From Eledone cirrhosa (Eukaryota), in assembly GCA_964016885.1 (NCBI GenBank), contig OZ024746.1:48236001-48300000 (forward strand): a stretch of DNA of 64,000 bases. The letters run 5' to 3'. The position numbers and the translations under genes are program-made. The notes under the pieces are model-generated. The model saw only the letters and a list, made by a program, of their open reading frames with translations. It did no database searches and had not been told where the DNA came from. Position 1 is the stretch's first letter. Every line of letters begins with the position of its first letter. Positions 12,839-25,188 of the stretch are shown piece after piece.

Positions 12839-15234
12839 GCAGTCTTTAAAATAATCATTTTAAAAGTGCAGTTGAAAGAAATCTTTGGAAAATATAATTT
12901 GTGTTCACTTTGATGTAGCATGAAGAAAATGCTTTTTAAACTGATATCACATTTGCATTTAGCATTCAAGCTCACTTCTAAAACCAAAAACTTCTTCATT
13001 AGCTTGCACTGCTAATCTCACAACTACCACATCATCTTGGAATTTGTGATGGTGGAATATCACCCCAGTGTATCCTTTCAAAGGAAATCAATTCTCACTT
13101 GAAACAGTGCCAAATTGCATCTGTCAGAATATGTCTTCTAAGTTTTGATCAACAATTGCAAAATAGCCAATATATCAGCAAATTCAGATACTGTGAAATG
13201 TTTATTAAACCAAAAAGGAGATATGTTTCAACATATAACATTTCTTTTGACATTTGACATATCCTCATGATTATCATCATTTTATGTTCGTTTTCTATTC
13301 TCTCATGAGTTAAATGGGTCATTAAGAACTAAGCCAGTACATAATTTGAATTACTGGCCTCCTAGATGGCTTGAATTTCATGCCTTGTCCAATATATTCC
13401 GTATTTGGCATGGTTTATATAGCGGGATTCCCTTCCAAATACCAACTACTTTACAAAGGTAGGAAAACTCTCAGTCGCTTAAAACCAAGGAAAATGGGAT
13501 AAGCACAGCCTAATAAACCTCTGTACATGAAACAGACTTTAGACTTTACGCTTTTTATATTATGATAAAATTTAGCATGGCTAGGTTAGGAAGTACACTT
13601 TGGCACCAAATAATTGTATGACACCCTAGTCAAGTGTACTATATACCAAGACTTAAATTGACTTTTGCAAAATACAATACCTACAGGCACTTATGTTATA
13701 CATCCATTTCAATGTGCTACCTGTAGCTCTCCATGGATATATGTCATTCAGAAACAGCTCGTTACTGATTAACTGATTGGGCCACAATGTGCAGGTGAGG
13801 TACATCTGGTACTTAGTTTATTGATCCTTAAATTTTCAAAAAATATTGTAAACTTTGCTCAATTATTTTAATTACATAAAACATAACATATGTACAATAC
13901 AATAATGAATAACAATGATTGGAGTGCTTAAAAACTTTTGTTGGCAAATTATGAATGTCTGCACCACCAAAAATTATAGGAACTTATGCTGGAAGGATGA
14001 AAAGAAAAATCATCTCTGACAGAATTTGAACTCAAAACATAAAGGCCATAATTAAATACTACAAGGCATTTTGTCTGGCACACTAATGATTCTGTCAATC
14101 TACCAGTCGTAAAACAAGTGTTGCAATCTTTTAACAATTTTTCAATAAATGAGGCTCTATATTGTTCTAAAATAAACAAAAATTCAGAAACAAAATCCAT
14201 ACAAATGTTATCTAGATGAACAGTTAAGTGGCTATCAGTAGAAGAGCATCCACTTATAAAAATAATTGTACACATCTGTAAAACTAGCATGACGGGGAGG
14301 AACAAGCATATGTGTAGGTGCACATGCATATATCCATATGAATGGACAGGCTGCATTTGTTGTGTATTTCTGCAGGCATCCTTTTCTATGTTCTACAGAG
14401 TGTGTATATATGAATCTGAAATTTCATACCACAGTATGTATGTACACAAGTGTGTATGTACATGTATAGAAATGTGGGTGAGCATATATAAATGTGAGGT
14501 TTGTGGGAGTATGAGGTGCTTACATTTATTTCTTCCATAAAATAAAAGAGGTGAGAAGAAAACAAAACACTATTTCGTATTCTTTTAGAGTGATTGTAAG
14601 AAGGGTGCTGTTTCTTAAGTATGGTGGGGAGATCTATTAAATGGTAAAGCAATGATCAACTATTATTGTTGCATATTTGTACTTCTCTATAGGAGTGTAT
14701 GTGGTAGCACATTTTAACAATTGTTTTTTTATTGTTTGTTTTTTAAAGCCATTTCCCACACCTAATATGACCTAGATGGTTTTCAGCATGACTAATTAGG
14801 GGAAGGTCTTTCTCACAGCATGACTATAAAGATCCCAGAATCAGTGAATATGAAGCTGATATCTATCCCCACCCCCTTCAGCTAGATTCAAATAGAGAGA
14901 TTGTTGAACCAATATGGCAAATGATAGTACTTTGTATCTATGACAACATTTCCTTATATGTCTATTGTGTGTGCTATTTCCAGCACTTTGAAAATGTATT
15001 CACCATGCCTTGTTGATCACACTGACACACATCCTCCATTGTACTCACACACATACAGAAAAAATACAACAATTACTTAAAAATAGGTCTGCCACACAGA
15101 AGCTGCTAAAGATGAATGTTGCATGACAGAAATCACATCACCACAGTACATCTCACAAATTAGGCATGCAAGGTATCAATCACTGAAATAAAAATAGCAA
15201 GATAAAATCAACATTTTAATGCTACATCAGCCAA

Positions 15235-15345
15235 CAAGGGAACCTCTGAGTAGTCATCTGATATGCTAGGAACAACAACCAAATCATACTATACCATCAT
15301 AAAAGAGGAAATACATATTATTTAATGTGTTACTGGATAGTTGCC
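15235..15345 (+). repeat. Old dispersed repeat (core TGCTAGAAATAGCAGCCAAAT...ACCATCTTAAAA...ACACATTGGATAATGT)
   Basis: Diverged relatives at about 1050-1170(-), 18470-18660, 38990-39125, 39570-39730, 47810-47990, 49280-49330, 50320-50490 and 59340-59410(-). Confidence 0.5.
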
Positions 15346-17210
15346 CCAAAAAAAATAATAATAATAATAATTGTTTCTACATTTGGCACAAGGTCAGCAA
15401 CTATCCCAGTGCATTACTAGTGCTTTATTTTATCGACCCCGTAAGGATGAAAGGCAAATTTAACCTTGATAATAAAAGGGCAAGATCCTCAAACTTTAAT
15501 TGTATACCTGCTAAATCACTGGATCTGACATGAGCCTAAATAACATTATTGAACTATGATAGAAAACAATGTAAATCTAATCATGTTAATATTAGTTCAT
15601 ACATATAATGGCTACATCTCGGTTTCGAGAATTGCCATCCCTTAACCTTTTTCTTATACATGGGTACCATGAACATGACCTTTTAGCTCTTCAAAGGACT
15701 TAGATTCCTTTCTGCATATGCTGCAGTGAGAGAAAAAAGAAAAGGCAATGCTCCAGCAACACATGTGGAAGTCATTTAGATCAAGTGATGCGTGTGTATG
15801 CATTCTTTTTAAGTGAAGAACTTGTTCGAACCCACTCTCTGAACAAGGGTGGCAGACATCCCCCAAAAAGAACTACTACTTATAATCTCATGTACATCAA
15901 TTTGCTATGATTAATCAGATGCCATCATGAAACTGAGTACCGATGAATACATATGCAGATGCCATTATTTTAAGTAAAGTACATATAAATAGTTACATGT
16001 ATGTGTTTATAGATATTTATATTAAAATTTGAGATACCACACTGATTTAATAAATATATAAACTCTACTTTATGTATGAAACACTATCTTATATTTGTAA
16101 ACATACAAATACACATATCATCATCATCGTTTAATGTCCATTTTCCATGCTAGCATATATTACAAACGTTGCATGACTATTTAAAAAAAGGTGTGTGAAT
16201 AATAGGTGATGGATTGCATTCATTCACACAGCATATGTGCTGAAAATAATTTCTCTGTCAATATACAGGTTTGAAATATATATATATCACAATATATATC
16301 ACAATATACAAACAAAATATTACCCTTTTCTGAAAACTGCACATTTATTAAAGAAAGATTAAGCATTTGAATAAAAAATGTGATAGTGATTCATTCATTT
16401 AATGTGCTACCAACCCAAGGAGTAGAGGATTTGCTTTATAACAGATTGAAGAAATGGCAACTGACACACTTAGATTTTTGCTTTTGATTTTATTATGTTA
16501 AACATTATTGTTTTATTTTTTTTAGTCATTTAAATACAAAAAGGCCAAATCTATATGGATTTAACTAGGATTATCCTAGAAATAACATCTAACACATTAA
16601 GTATATATCTCACAAATTAATAATAAATTAAGATCTCCTTACTAGAATAATCACCTTTAGTAGTAGTGATTGACACATATTTGAACCAGTTTACATCAAG
16701 TCTTTCTCACTTTAGCTTTCCACAAAACAGCTGTTGCCATGTTTATATTCAAATATTATTATTATTCAACATCAATATATTTACTCACTTAGTTTCATTT
16801 CAATGCATATTTTATTTGTTTTACTTATATACAAAAACTATTTGTTTCAGTAACGATATTATGGCACTAGAAAGTGTTATGAGTTGCGAAGAACATTATT
16901 ATACAATTTATGTTAGTAAAACACCATAGATCTAGAACAATAATAAAGAAAAATAAGAACATAAAAAAAAATATAAGCTAATATTTAAGTGCTCAAGAAG
17001 AATAAACAAACAGAACAAAAGAAAAATTAACCCATGCATGACTTTCCTTATGAAATACAATGCTGATGTGTTTCAATAGGTTTCGAAAATAAATCAACAA
17101 TGTGAAAGGATTTAGTAACAACTAATTCTTTTCATTTATTATGTTAAACCATTATTTGAAACACAACTTAGTAAAAGGTTCTTATATAAAATATGAGGTT
17201 TTTAATTTAA

Positions 17211-17430
17211 CCCTTTAGCATTTAAACTGGCAGTGTCCTGCCAGAATTCTCTCACCTCTTTCTGTTCAAACTGTCCATAACTAGCCACTTATACTAATGT
17301 TAAGATATTGTTCTCAAAATAAATAATATCAAAATCTCATAGATTCGATAATATGTGAGATATTATGCGAGATAAAGCCTTTACCATGAAAATACAAAAG
17401 TATATATAGAGTAACGTAAATGCTAAAGGG
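17211..17430 (+). mobile_element. piggyBac-type MITE, family P1 (about 220 bp)
   Basis: TTAA target duplication. 14-bp TIR CCCTTTAGCATTTA / TAAATGCTAAAGGG. Confidence 0.9.
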
Positions 17431-19163
17431 TTAAATATAGATGCTTCAAAATGAGAGGTTTTGTGTCATAAAACTTGAGGCTGGCTAGTATTGGAAGAGT
17501 TAAGGATATTAATAGCATTATATGTCACATGAAGAAAAGAACATAAAAGAGATGCATAAGCGAACCTAAAATAAGCTAGTACCCACTCCTTCACAAGCTA
17601 CAAACTTTATCTTGGCTTTCTTACAGCTCTGCCAGCTATATTTTTGATACAACATTCTTTTTTATCCTAATTAGTTCTGCATATTTGGTTATCAACACTC
17701 TAGAATTGCGAAACTCTTTATTTACCTCCCCCAGCAGTGCAATGTAAAAATAGGTAATGCTTAGGTAATATACACAGATTTCTTTTACGCAGGGACATGA
17801 AACTGTATTTAAGATGTATGATATTTTCTAAAAGTGAAGGGAATATAAATATACAATAAACCCTCAGTTCAATGGAACAAATAATGAGTTCTAATTAAAG
17901 CACTAGGCCAGCAATTTGTGGGGACGGGAAAGTCAATTATATCACCCTAGTACTTGAGTGGTACTGTATTGCATCAATGCCAGAGGGTTGAAAAGCAAAG
18001 TTGACCATGGCAGAATTTGAACTCAGAATGTAGAGGGCCATAGTGAGATACTAATCACTAAGCCTTTCCTGATGGCATTAATAAAATGGAATGGCTACCA
18101 AAAGTCTATAATTGAGTTGTATTACAGCTTTGACTTGATTTGTTGTTTTTAACCTTCTGTGATTAACTATGCTTGAAATGATACGTTTTAACATTAGAAC
18201 CAGTTTACTAAGAATTCATTCAAATAATGAACCCCATCTTTTGTATATCTTATTTATACACACTGATCATATTTGTGTCAAGTTGTTTTATATAGATATA
18301 GACCCTTAGATTAGAATTGTACTTGTCTGTCTTCATTTCTATTACAGTGGATAAAACCAGTGAAATCCCCAGTGAAATCATGCAGAAGGAAACACAAATG
18401 AAATTAATAGTCCAATGAGTTCATAGTATACTAGTAATAGCACATAAATAAAAAGCCAACTTATAATGAGTCAATGGGTAATCCTCTGTACAATTACTTG
18501 ACCTACTAAAAATAACAATGAATTTTTTTTTCTGAAATCATATCCTGCTGTCAAATAAAAAAAATTAAAGGTGGGGGAACACATTAGATAATGTAATCTA
18601 CAGTTGCTAGTGTCAGTATCTCATGGGATCATGGATCTACACCTATAAAGTTTCTCTATAGATTGCAAGCGTAGGCAAGTATTTTTTTATGGAAGATCAA
18701 CTATTGCCCAATGAAAAGGCAAATGTTAAAACAATTTGGCTTGAGTGTTGTCACAAATAAACTCAGGATGTAAAGAGTCAGAGCAGATACCATGATGTTC
18801 TAAAAATTCAGCCAATTCACCTATTTGGACCAGTACTTTATTTTATTGGCCCTGGAGGGATGAAAGGCAAATTTGACCTCAGTGAGACTTCAAATCTGAT
18901 CATTAAAAATAAACAAACGAAAAAGTTGTCTGAAAAAAATGGAATAATCATCGTTGGGATGGTTTTGATCATAGATGTATTTGATCAAGGCTAACTTAGA
19001 ATTGAACAATAGACAACAAAAACTACAATAAAAATTATAATTATCAGTTTTTAATATTTCTGCAATTAATCTCTCTCTCTCCAATTAGTTTCATTTATAT
19101 ATCTCTGATTATTGAGAACGTTTTGAAATATTTACATTCACAAAGTGACTGGTATCCCCCCAC

Positions 19164-19199
<36 letters not shown>

Positions 19200-19567
19200 G
19201 CCGGTCATTATCTAACCTACATGAACATGACCGATAAACTTAGGGTATTTTCTTTCATGCGTCAGGCAAGAGCAGTGCAGAAAGTATGTTTAAAAACAAT
19301 AGTAACATAGGTACAAAAAAAGGTACATATCTATTCATTTAAAACTTTAGTTCATATTTCAAAGATAAAAGAAATTCTAGAACAGCTTAGATTTGTCTCG
19401 CCCCCTCAATTCTTTTTTTTTTTTTATTTTATCGCTTGCAAATAAATCAATTAGATTGTGTTTTGATTTTCATGATTGTCATCATCATCACCATTATGAT
19501 TCACTATATTGTTTCTACTGTCATTTGATTTTTAACATGCTTTGTAGCATAGACTTAGGTCTGAGTT

Positions 19568-20052
19568 AACCCACTGAGGTTAACTTTGCCTTTCATTCTT
19601 ACGGGGTTGATGAAATAAAGCACCAGTAATGCACTGGGATAATTTCTGGCCTTGTGCCAAAAGTAGAAACAATTATTTCTTTATTATCGGTAGAGCGTCA
19701 GATATCATACGTTGCAGCATAGAGTTATGGCCCTTTGCGTTCTGAGTTCAAATCCCGCCAAGGTTAACTTTGCCTTTCATCCTTATGGGGTCAATAAAGC
19801 ACTAGTAATGCACTGAATAATTGCTGGCCTTGTACCAAACGTAGAAACAATTATTTCTTTATTATGGATTGGCAGTATTGGTAGAGGGTCGGACGCCATG
19901 CTTTGACGTATAGAGTTACGGCCCTTGCCATTCTGAGTTCAAATCCCGCCGAGGTTAACTTTGCCTTTCATCCTTATGGGGTTGATAAAATAAAGTACCA
20001 GTAATGTACTGTGTATTTGCTGGCCTTGTGCCAATAGTAGAAACAATTATTT
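19568..20052 (+). mobile_element. Head-to-tail trimer of tRNA-derived SINE family C
   Basis: Three units with GTTAACTTTGCCTTTCAT(C/T)CTTA.GGGGT.(G)AT.AA...CCAGTAATGCACT...GGCCTTGTGCC...GTAGAAACAATTATT. B-box GAGTTCAAATCCC is present in units 2 and 3. Confidence 0.9.
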
Positions 20053-20084
20053 TCATTATTAATTTTGATATATTTTTATTTTTG

Positions 20085-20240
20085 GTTATGTAGTTATGAA
20101 GTTCACTTTTAGTCAAATACTCCTGGATTCAATTCAGTTGTGCAGTACCTTGAGTGTGTGTCTGCTTAATAGAGCCTTGAGTCAACTCAAGCCTTGTGAG
20201 TGAAATTTGGTGGACAGAAACTATACAGAAGCCCATCGGA
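20085..20240 (+). mobile_element. tRNA-derived SINE family D, degraded
   Basis: ...AAGTTCACTTT...CCTTGTGAGTGAAATTTGGT.GA.AGAAACT...GAAGCCC. Relatives at about 22750-22890, 26140-26290, 31710-31860, 38385-38545, 39745-40052 and 54860-55280. Confidence 0.65.
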
Positions 20241-20608
20241 TGGACTAGTTCATGAATGGCAGGCTTTTAAATGTGTCACCTTGATTTAGCATCCTCATTT
20301 TGGCTTTTCAGTGCTTTCTTTAGCAAGGTCCACTCTATAGCAAATGTAGAAAACTAGTCAGATTTGGGTGTCCTCTCACCACCCTACCACCACCATTTTA
20401 GAGGCACTGTATAAAGGTCATAACTGCTACACTTCAACTAAATCATAAAAAAGTCTGGAACAAGTGAATTAGGTACAAATAATAGCCAGTTGGTTAATTT
20501 GCTGCCTCATTACTGTGACTAATTCTTTCAATCCCATATTTCAAATACATTGTATTTGAATTAATTAATGAAGAAGTTGGAGAGGTTTACTGATTATTTC
20601 ATTATAAA

Positions 20609-20820
20609 TCCTTTAGCATTTACATTACTCTATATTTACTATTATATTTTATTGGTAAAGGCTTTACCTCACATAATTATCTCATATAATATGAAATTTT
20701 GAAATTATTTATTTTGAGAACAATACCTTAACATCAGTATGAGTGGCTAGTTACAGCCAGTTTGAAAAGAAAGAGCTGAGAGAATTCTGGCCAGATACAG
20801 CCAGTTTAAATACTAAGGGG
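20609..20820 (-). mobile_element. piggyBac-type MITE P1, nested in a P2 copy
   Basis: Reverse-complement match to 17211-17430, with TTAA at the right end. Confidence 0.85.
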
Positions 20821-22905
20821 TTAAGATGGTGTTTGTAAACATAGCTTATGAAAAGGTTCTTACAGTAAATCATGTTGGAAATTTTTAATATAAATAGGAA
20901 ACTTTTAAAATGGGTGTTTTGTTAAGGAAAACTAAAACTGGTTTGGAGGCAGGTTGGTATCAAAAAGGTTGATAATATATATTGATATTTGAAAACAGTG
21001 CAGCACTTACAGTTTGATTTCTATTTTAGAATGGCGATTCTAGATTTTAAGACAATACACATATAACCTACTAAAGTAATATTTCTTTTCAAAAAGAGTG
21101 TATAGTATTTTATTGATATTTCTTTCTTAGTATCTTATGTTTTCATTTTATGGGCGGATAAATTGTCTTAGAAGGCAGAGTTGATTGAATAACTAAACAT
21201 ATTGATTATATTTGGGAGAAATATGAATAATGGAAGGAAAGATTTAATGATTATCTTTAACCAAGAAATCAGACATTTTTAGAGAAGGAAAATTTTGAAA
21301 AATAAATTTTTTCTGTTTTGTTTTACAACGAATTTTATTTAATAATTTGGTGCAATTAATTGACCACATCATTTTACATCTACATTCAATGCTGGCATGG
21401 TTTGGATGGATTGTCATGGTCAAAGACTAGATGGGTCGTAGATACCTCATCTTGCACATACATTCTATATTTCGTTACTAAGGCTGGATGTCCTTAACAT
21501 CAGCCACCTTTCAGTGTTTTTAAATGTGTATTTGTCATCACACCAATACTACCACTTTATGATGGGACTAACACTAGAGAGGTTGTCACATGCTCAGCCA
21601 GATTAAAAGGTCCTCTCAAAACCTATATTGTCTCAGTTCAATGGCCAAAACATTAGCCTTCAGACTCTCATCAATGTGACAGTGCCTATATATGGATTAT
21701 TTGTAAGTTTTGACTTACAGATACACACTGATGCAGATGAATATGGTTCAGTCAAAATATTTAGGAAAGTTATAAAGTAGTAATGAAAATTTATATGCCT
21801 TAGTTTACCAATAACAATGAATGTTTTAAGGTGTTAAACTCTTGACAATGTTAATCAACAGTCCAGCATTCTAAGGGCATAATTACATGTTGGATAATTA
21901 TATGAAAAATAAGTCCCTAATTGCTGGAAGGAGATTCCTAAACAAATATGTATAGTTACATCTACTGTTAAATACAGAGATTATTTACAAAAGTCTAGTT
22001 ACACAATAATGTATAATGTCTCATGGTGCAATTTTTATGTGACTAATAAAAAGAAAATCAGATAATATTAATTGATTATTATAAAAATTAGAACCGATGT
22101 TATATATCAAATAGTATCGGATATAAAGAAACTTGAGTTTCCTCCAATTAATAGGTGTGCCAATTCAGAGGTTGCTATGCACGAAGTTCCAGCAATTCAG
22201 AATAGGAGGTACTGAATATTGCAGAAGTAAATTTCATAAAACTATTACTATATGTTACAGATCAATTCCATTAGCAGTTAGCTTTACAATGACTTTAGAA
22301 ATGAATTGTACATCTATTAAGTCCATTGTGTGTGTGGGGGGGAGGGGGGGGGGGTTAAAAAAAAAACAATATTAAAAGCTACTCAACTGAATACTAAGTC
22401 TGGTCAATTAGTTAGAAGTAAGTAACAGCTTGTTGAAACAGAAGATTGTGTAATCTAAAGCTAACATCGTTATTCTGATGTAGTCAATCAGGTAAATGAG
22501 TAAAGTTGAAACTGGTTTGTTCTTGAATAGCTGACACCAATTACACATATTATTCTAATGTTAGCTCTGTTAATTCTTCACAAATCTATTACACCCTTTC
22601 TATATATCTCCTGAGTATCCAAAGCTCCCTATAAACAATCTTGTATATACTGCATAGCTTGGACTGGAATTTTAATGCATTTTGAATATTTGGTTGGGAG
22701 AGTGAATTAATTCTACAAATTTTGCCAATGATAATAGAGAAAGTTAAGTGCAGCAATCACTGTGATTAAGAAGTTTCCTTCACAACCACATGGTTTCAGG
22801 TTTAATCATACTGCCTGGTACCTAAAGTGTCTTTATTATAGATTGGGCTGATCAATACCATATGAGTGAGAGTAGTAGATAGAAACATTGCTGAAATATG
22901 TCCTA

Positions 22906-23253
22906 TCATCATTCATCATCATCATTTCATTTTACGTCCGCTTCTTCCCTGCTTGCAAGGGTGGGACGGGAACTGATTCTGGCTTAATTTCTACAGCTGG
23001 ATGCCCTTCCTAACACCAACCTCATTTACAGTGAGTGCTGGGTGCTTTTTTTCCGTGACACCTCCATGACCACTTTGCAGTGGAATGATAGGGACCCCAG
23101 TCCCTATCATCTCATTTCTACAGCTGAGTAAACTGGAGCAATGTGAAATAAAGTGTCTTGTTCAAGGAAACAACACATCACTCGGTCTGAGAATTGAACT
23201 CACAATCTTTCGATTGCAAGGCCAATGCTCTAACCACTAAGCCATGTGCCTCC
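22906..23253 (-). mobile_element. SINE family A (tRNA head, CORE-like domain, RTE-derived tail)
   Basis: A-box TGGCTTAGTGG and B-box GAGTTCAATTCT. CORE-like CCTTGA.CAAGACACTTTATTTCACATTGCTCCAG. Tail shared with the RTE 3'UTR, ending in (GAT)n. Confidence 0.9.
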
Positions 23254-23842
23254 TATGTATGTGTGTTTGCTTTGCATTGACACTACTTGGGGAAATGATG
23301 ATGTTTGTCTATGTCCCACAGCTCTGTAGTTAAATGTGTAAAAATCAGTACTTTTCTTAAAGATAATTTGCGGGCATCAGGTAAGTAATTTAGACAAAGA
23401 CTATAGCTTCAAAATGTTTCATTCAACCCCTGCTAACATTTAAAGATAGCAACCATACTCTAAATGTCTGATAAAAAGTAAGCTACTATACAAAATTAAT
23501 ATTTGTTTCTAACATAGGTGTAAGTTAAAAAATTTATAAGAGCAATGTTTTTGTTGTGATGGTGGTGGTTTAGGTTGAGGTTAGTCTTGATTGAGCTGAG
23601 ATAAAATGAAAGACATTCCAGCTATGACTAAACTTTTTATTCAGACAGTGTAGGTATATGATTTATGAATGATTTAGCAGTTATATATAGCAAATTAAGT
23701 AACCATGTACAAGCTAATTTGTTGGCTTGACTAATGATTTTTTTGTTGTTATATATATATAGCTGGATGCCTTCCCTCCCTCTACCATACACAAGGAGTA
23801 GGAGCAGTAGATAACCAAACAACACATTTTCCTAAATATATA

Positions 23843-25188
23843 TTTAGCGTACAGGTTGGGGTCTACCAGGGCTCTGTTCTTAGCCCCCTCCTGTTCATCA
23901 TAGTCCTGCAGGCAATAACGGAGGGGTTTAAGACCGGATGCCCATGGGAACTCCTGTATGCTGATGACCTCGCACTTATAGCTGAATGTATGGTAGAACT
24001 AGAGAAGAAATTCCAAACTTGGAAGCAGGGACTAGAAAGAAAGGGTCTCAAAGTCAACATGACAAAGACTAAGGTCCTTGTAAGTAGACGAGAAAACAGA
24101 ACCCAGATCCCCTCAGGGAAATGGCCTTGCTCAGTATGTAGGAAAGGTGTAGGTAGGAACTCCATTCTCTGCCCCAAATGCAAACAATGGATACACAAGA
24201 GATGTAGCTGGATCTCAGGAAGCTTAATTAAGAATGTAGGCTTCACATGCAGCAGCTGTGCTGGGACAGCAAGCAGCAAACAGCCACTGAAACAAGTACC
24301 ACCAATCTCTGGGAGGGCTCTGTAGAAACAGTAGACAGCTTCTGCTACCTAGGTGACCGAATTAGCAGCGGAGGTGGGTGTTCAGAAAGTACAATAACTA
24401 GGGTAAGAACGGGATGGAAGAAGTTTAGGGAACTACTACCACTGCTAGCTGCAAAAGGCTTCTCCCTCAGAATGAAAGGCAGACTGTATGATGCGTGTAT
24501 CCGAACAGCGATGTTGCATGGTAGTGAGACCTGGGTGCTGAAGGTGGAAGACTTACGTAGATTAGAGAGAAACGAAGCCTGCATGCTCCGATGGATGTGT
24601 AACAGTAATATACGTGAATGACAAAGCAAATGAATTGAGAGAGAGACTGAGCATGCTGTGTGCAGGAGAGGCGGTTGCGCTGGTATGGACATGTGATGCG
24701 TATGAAGGATGACAGTTGCATAAAAAGGTGCAGAGCACTAGAAGTCGATGGAAACCACGGAGTGGGGAGACCCAAGATGACCTGGGATGATAAAAGCCGA
24801 CCTTACTCAATTACACCTCTCAAAAGCAATGACACACGACCGTGACCTCTGGTGTCATGCAGTAATACAGAGTACCCGACCTCCCATGGGTACAAGCTGA
24901 AGCATATAGACAATATGCCCCCACCGCAAGGTGGTCGTGGAGGTGCCACGGCAAAAAAAGCACCCAGCCCACACTGTAAAGTGGACGTGTAGGCGCCATG
25001 AAAAAGCACCCAGCACTCACTGCAAATGAGGTTGGTGTTAGGAAGGGCATCCAGCTGTAGAAATCAAGCCAAATCAGTTCCTGTATGAGCAAGGCATGGT
25101 CAGCCGACCAGACACTGCCCACAACAGGACAACCCGTCTAACCCATGCTAGCGTGGAAGAACGGACGTAAAACGGTGATGATGATGAT
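23843..25188 (+). mobile_element. 5'-truncated RTE-clade LINE (disabled), copy 1
   Basis: GVYQGSVLSPLLF, ELLYADDLAL, GLKVN..KTK, SFCYLGD, AMLHGSETW and RLRWYGHVMR, with frameshifts and stops. The 3'UTR ends GGACGTAAAAC(GAT)n. Confidence 0.95.

Noticed and set aside
19568-20052. Regularly spaced repeats suggestive of a CRISPR array
   Set aside because: The units are 120-190 bp SINEs without unique spacers, in a eukaryotic context with no cas genes.
23350-23388. Possible 18-nt plus-strand microexon ending CAG|GTAAGT
   Set aside because: The acceptor (AAG) is weak and the context resembles a decayed SINE/RTE tail.
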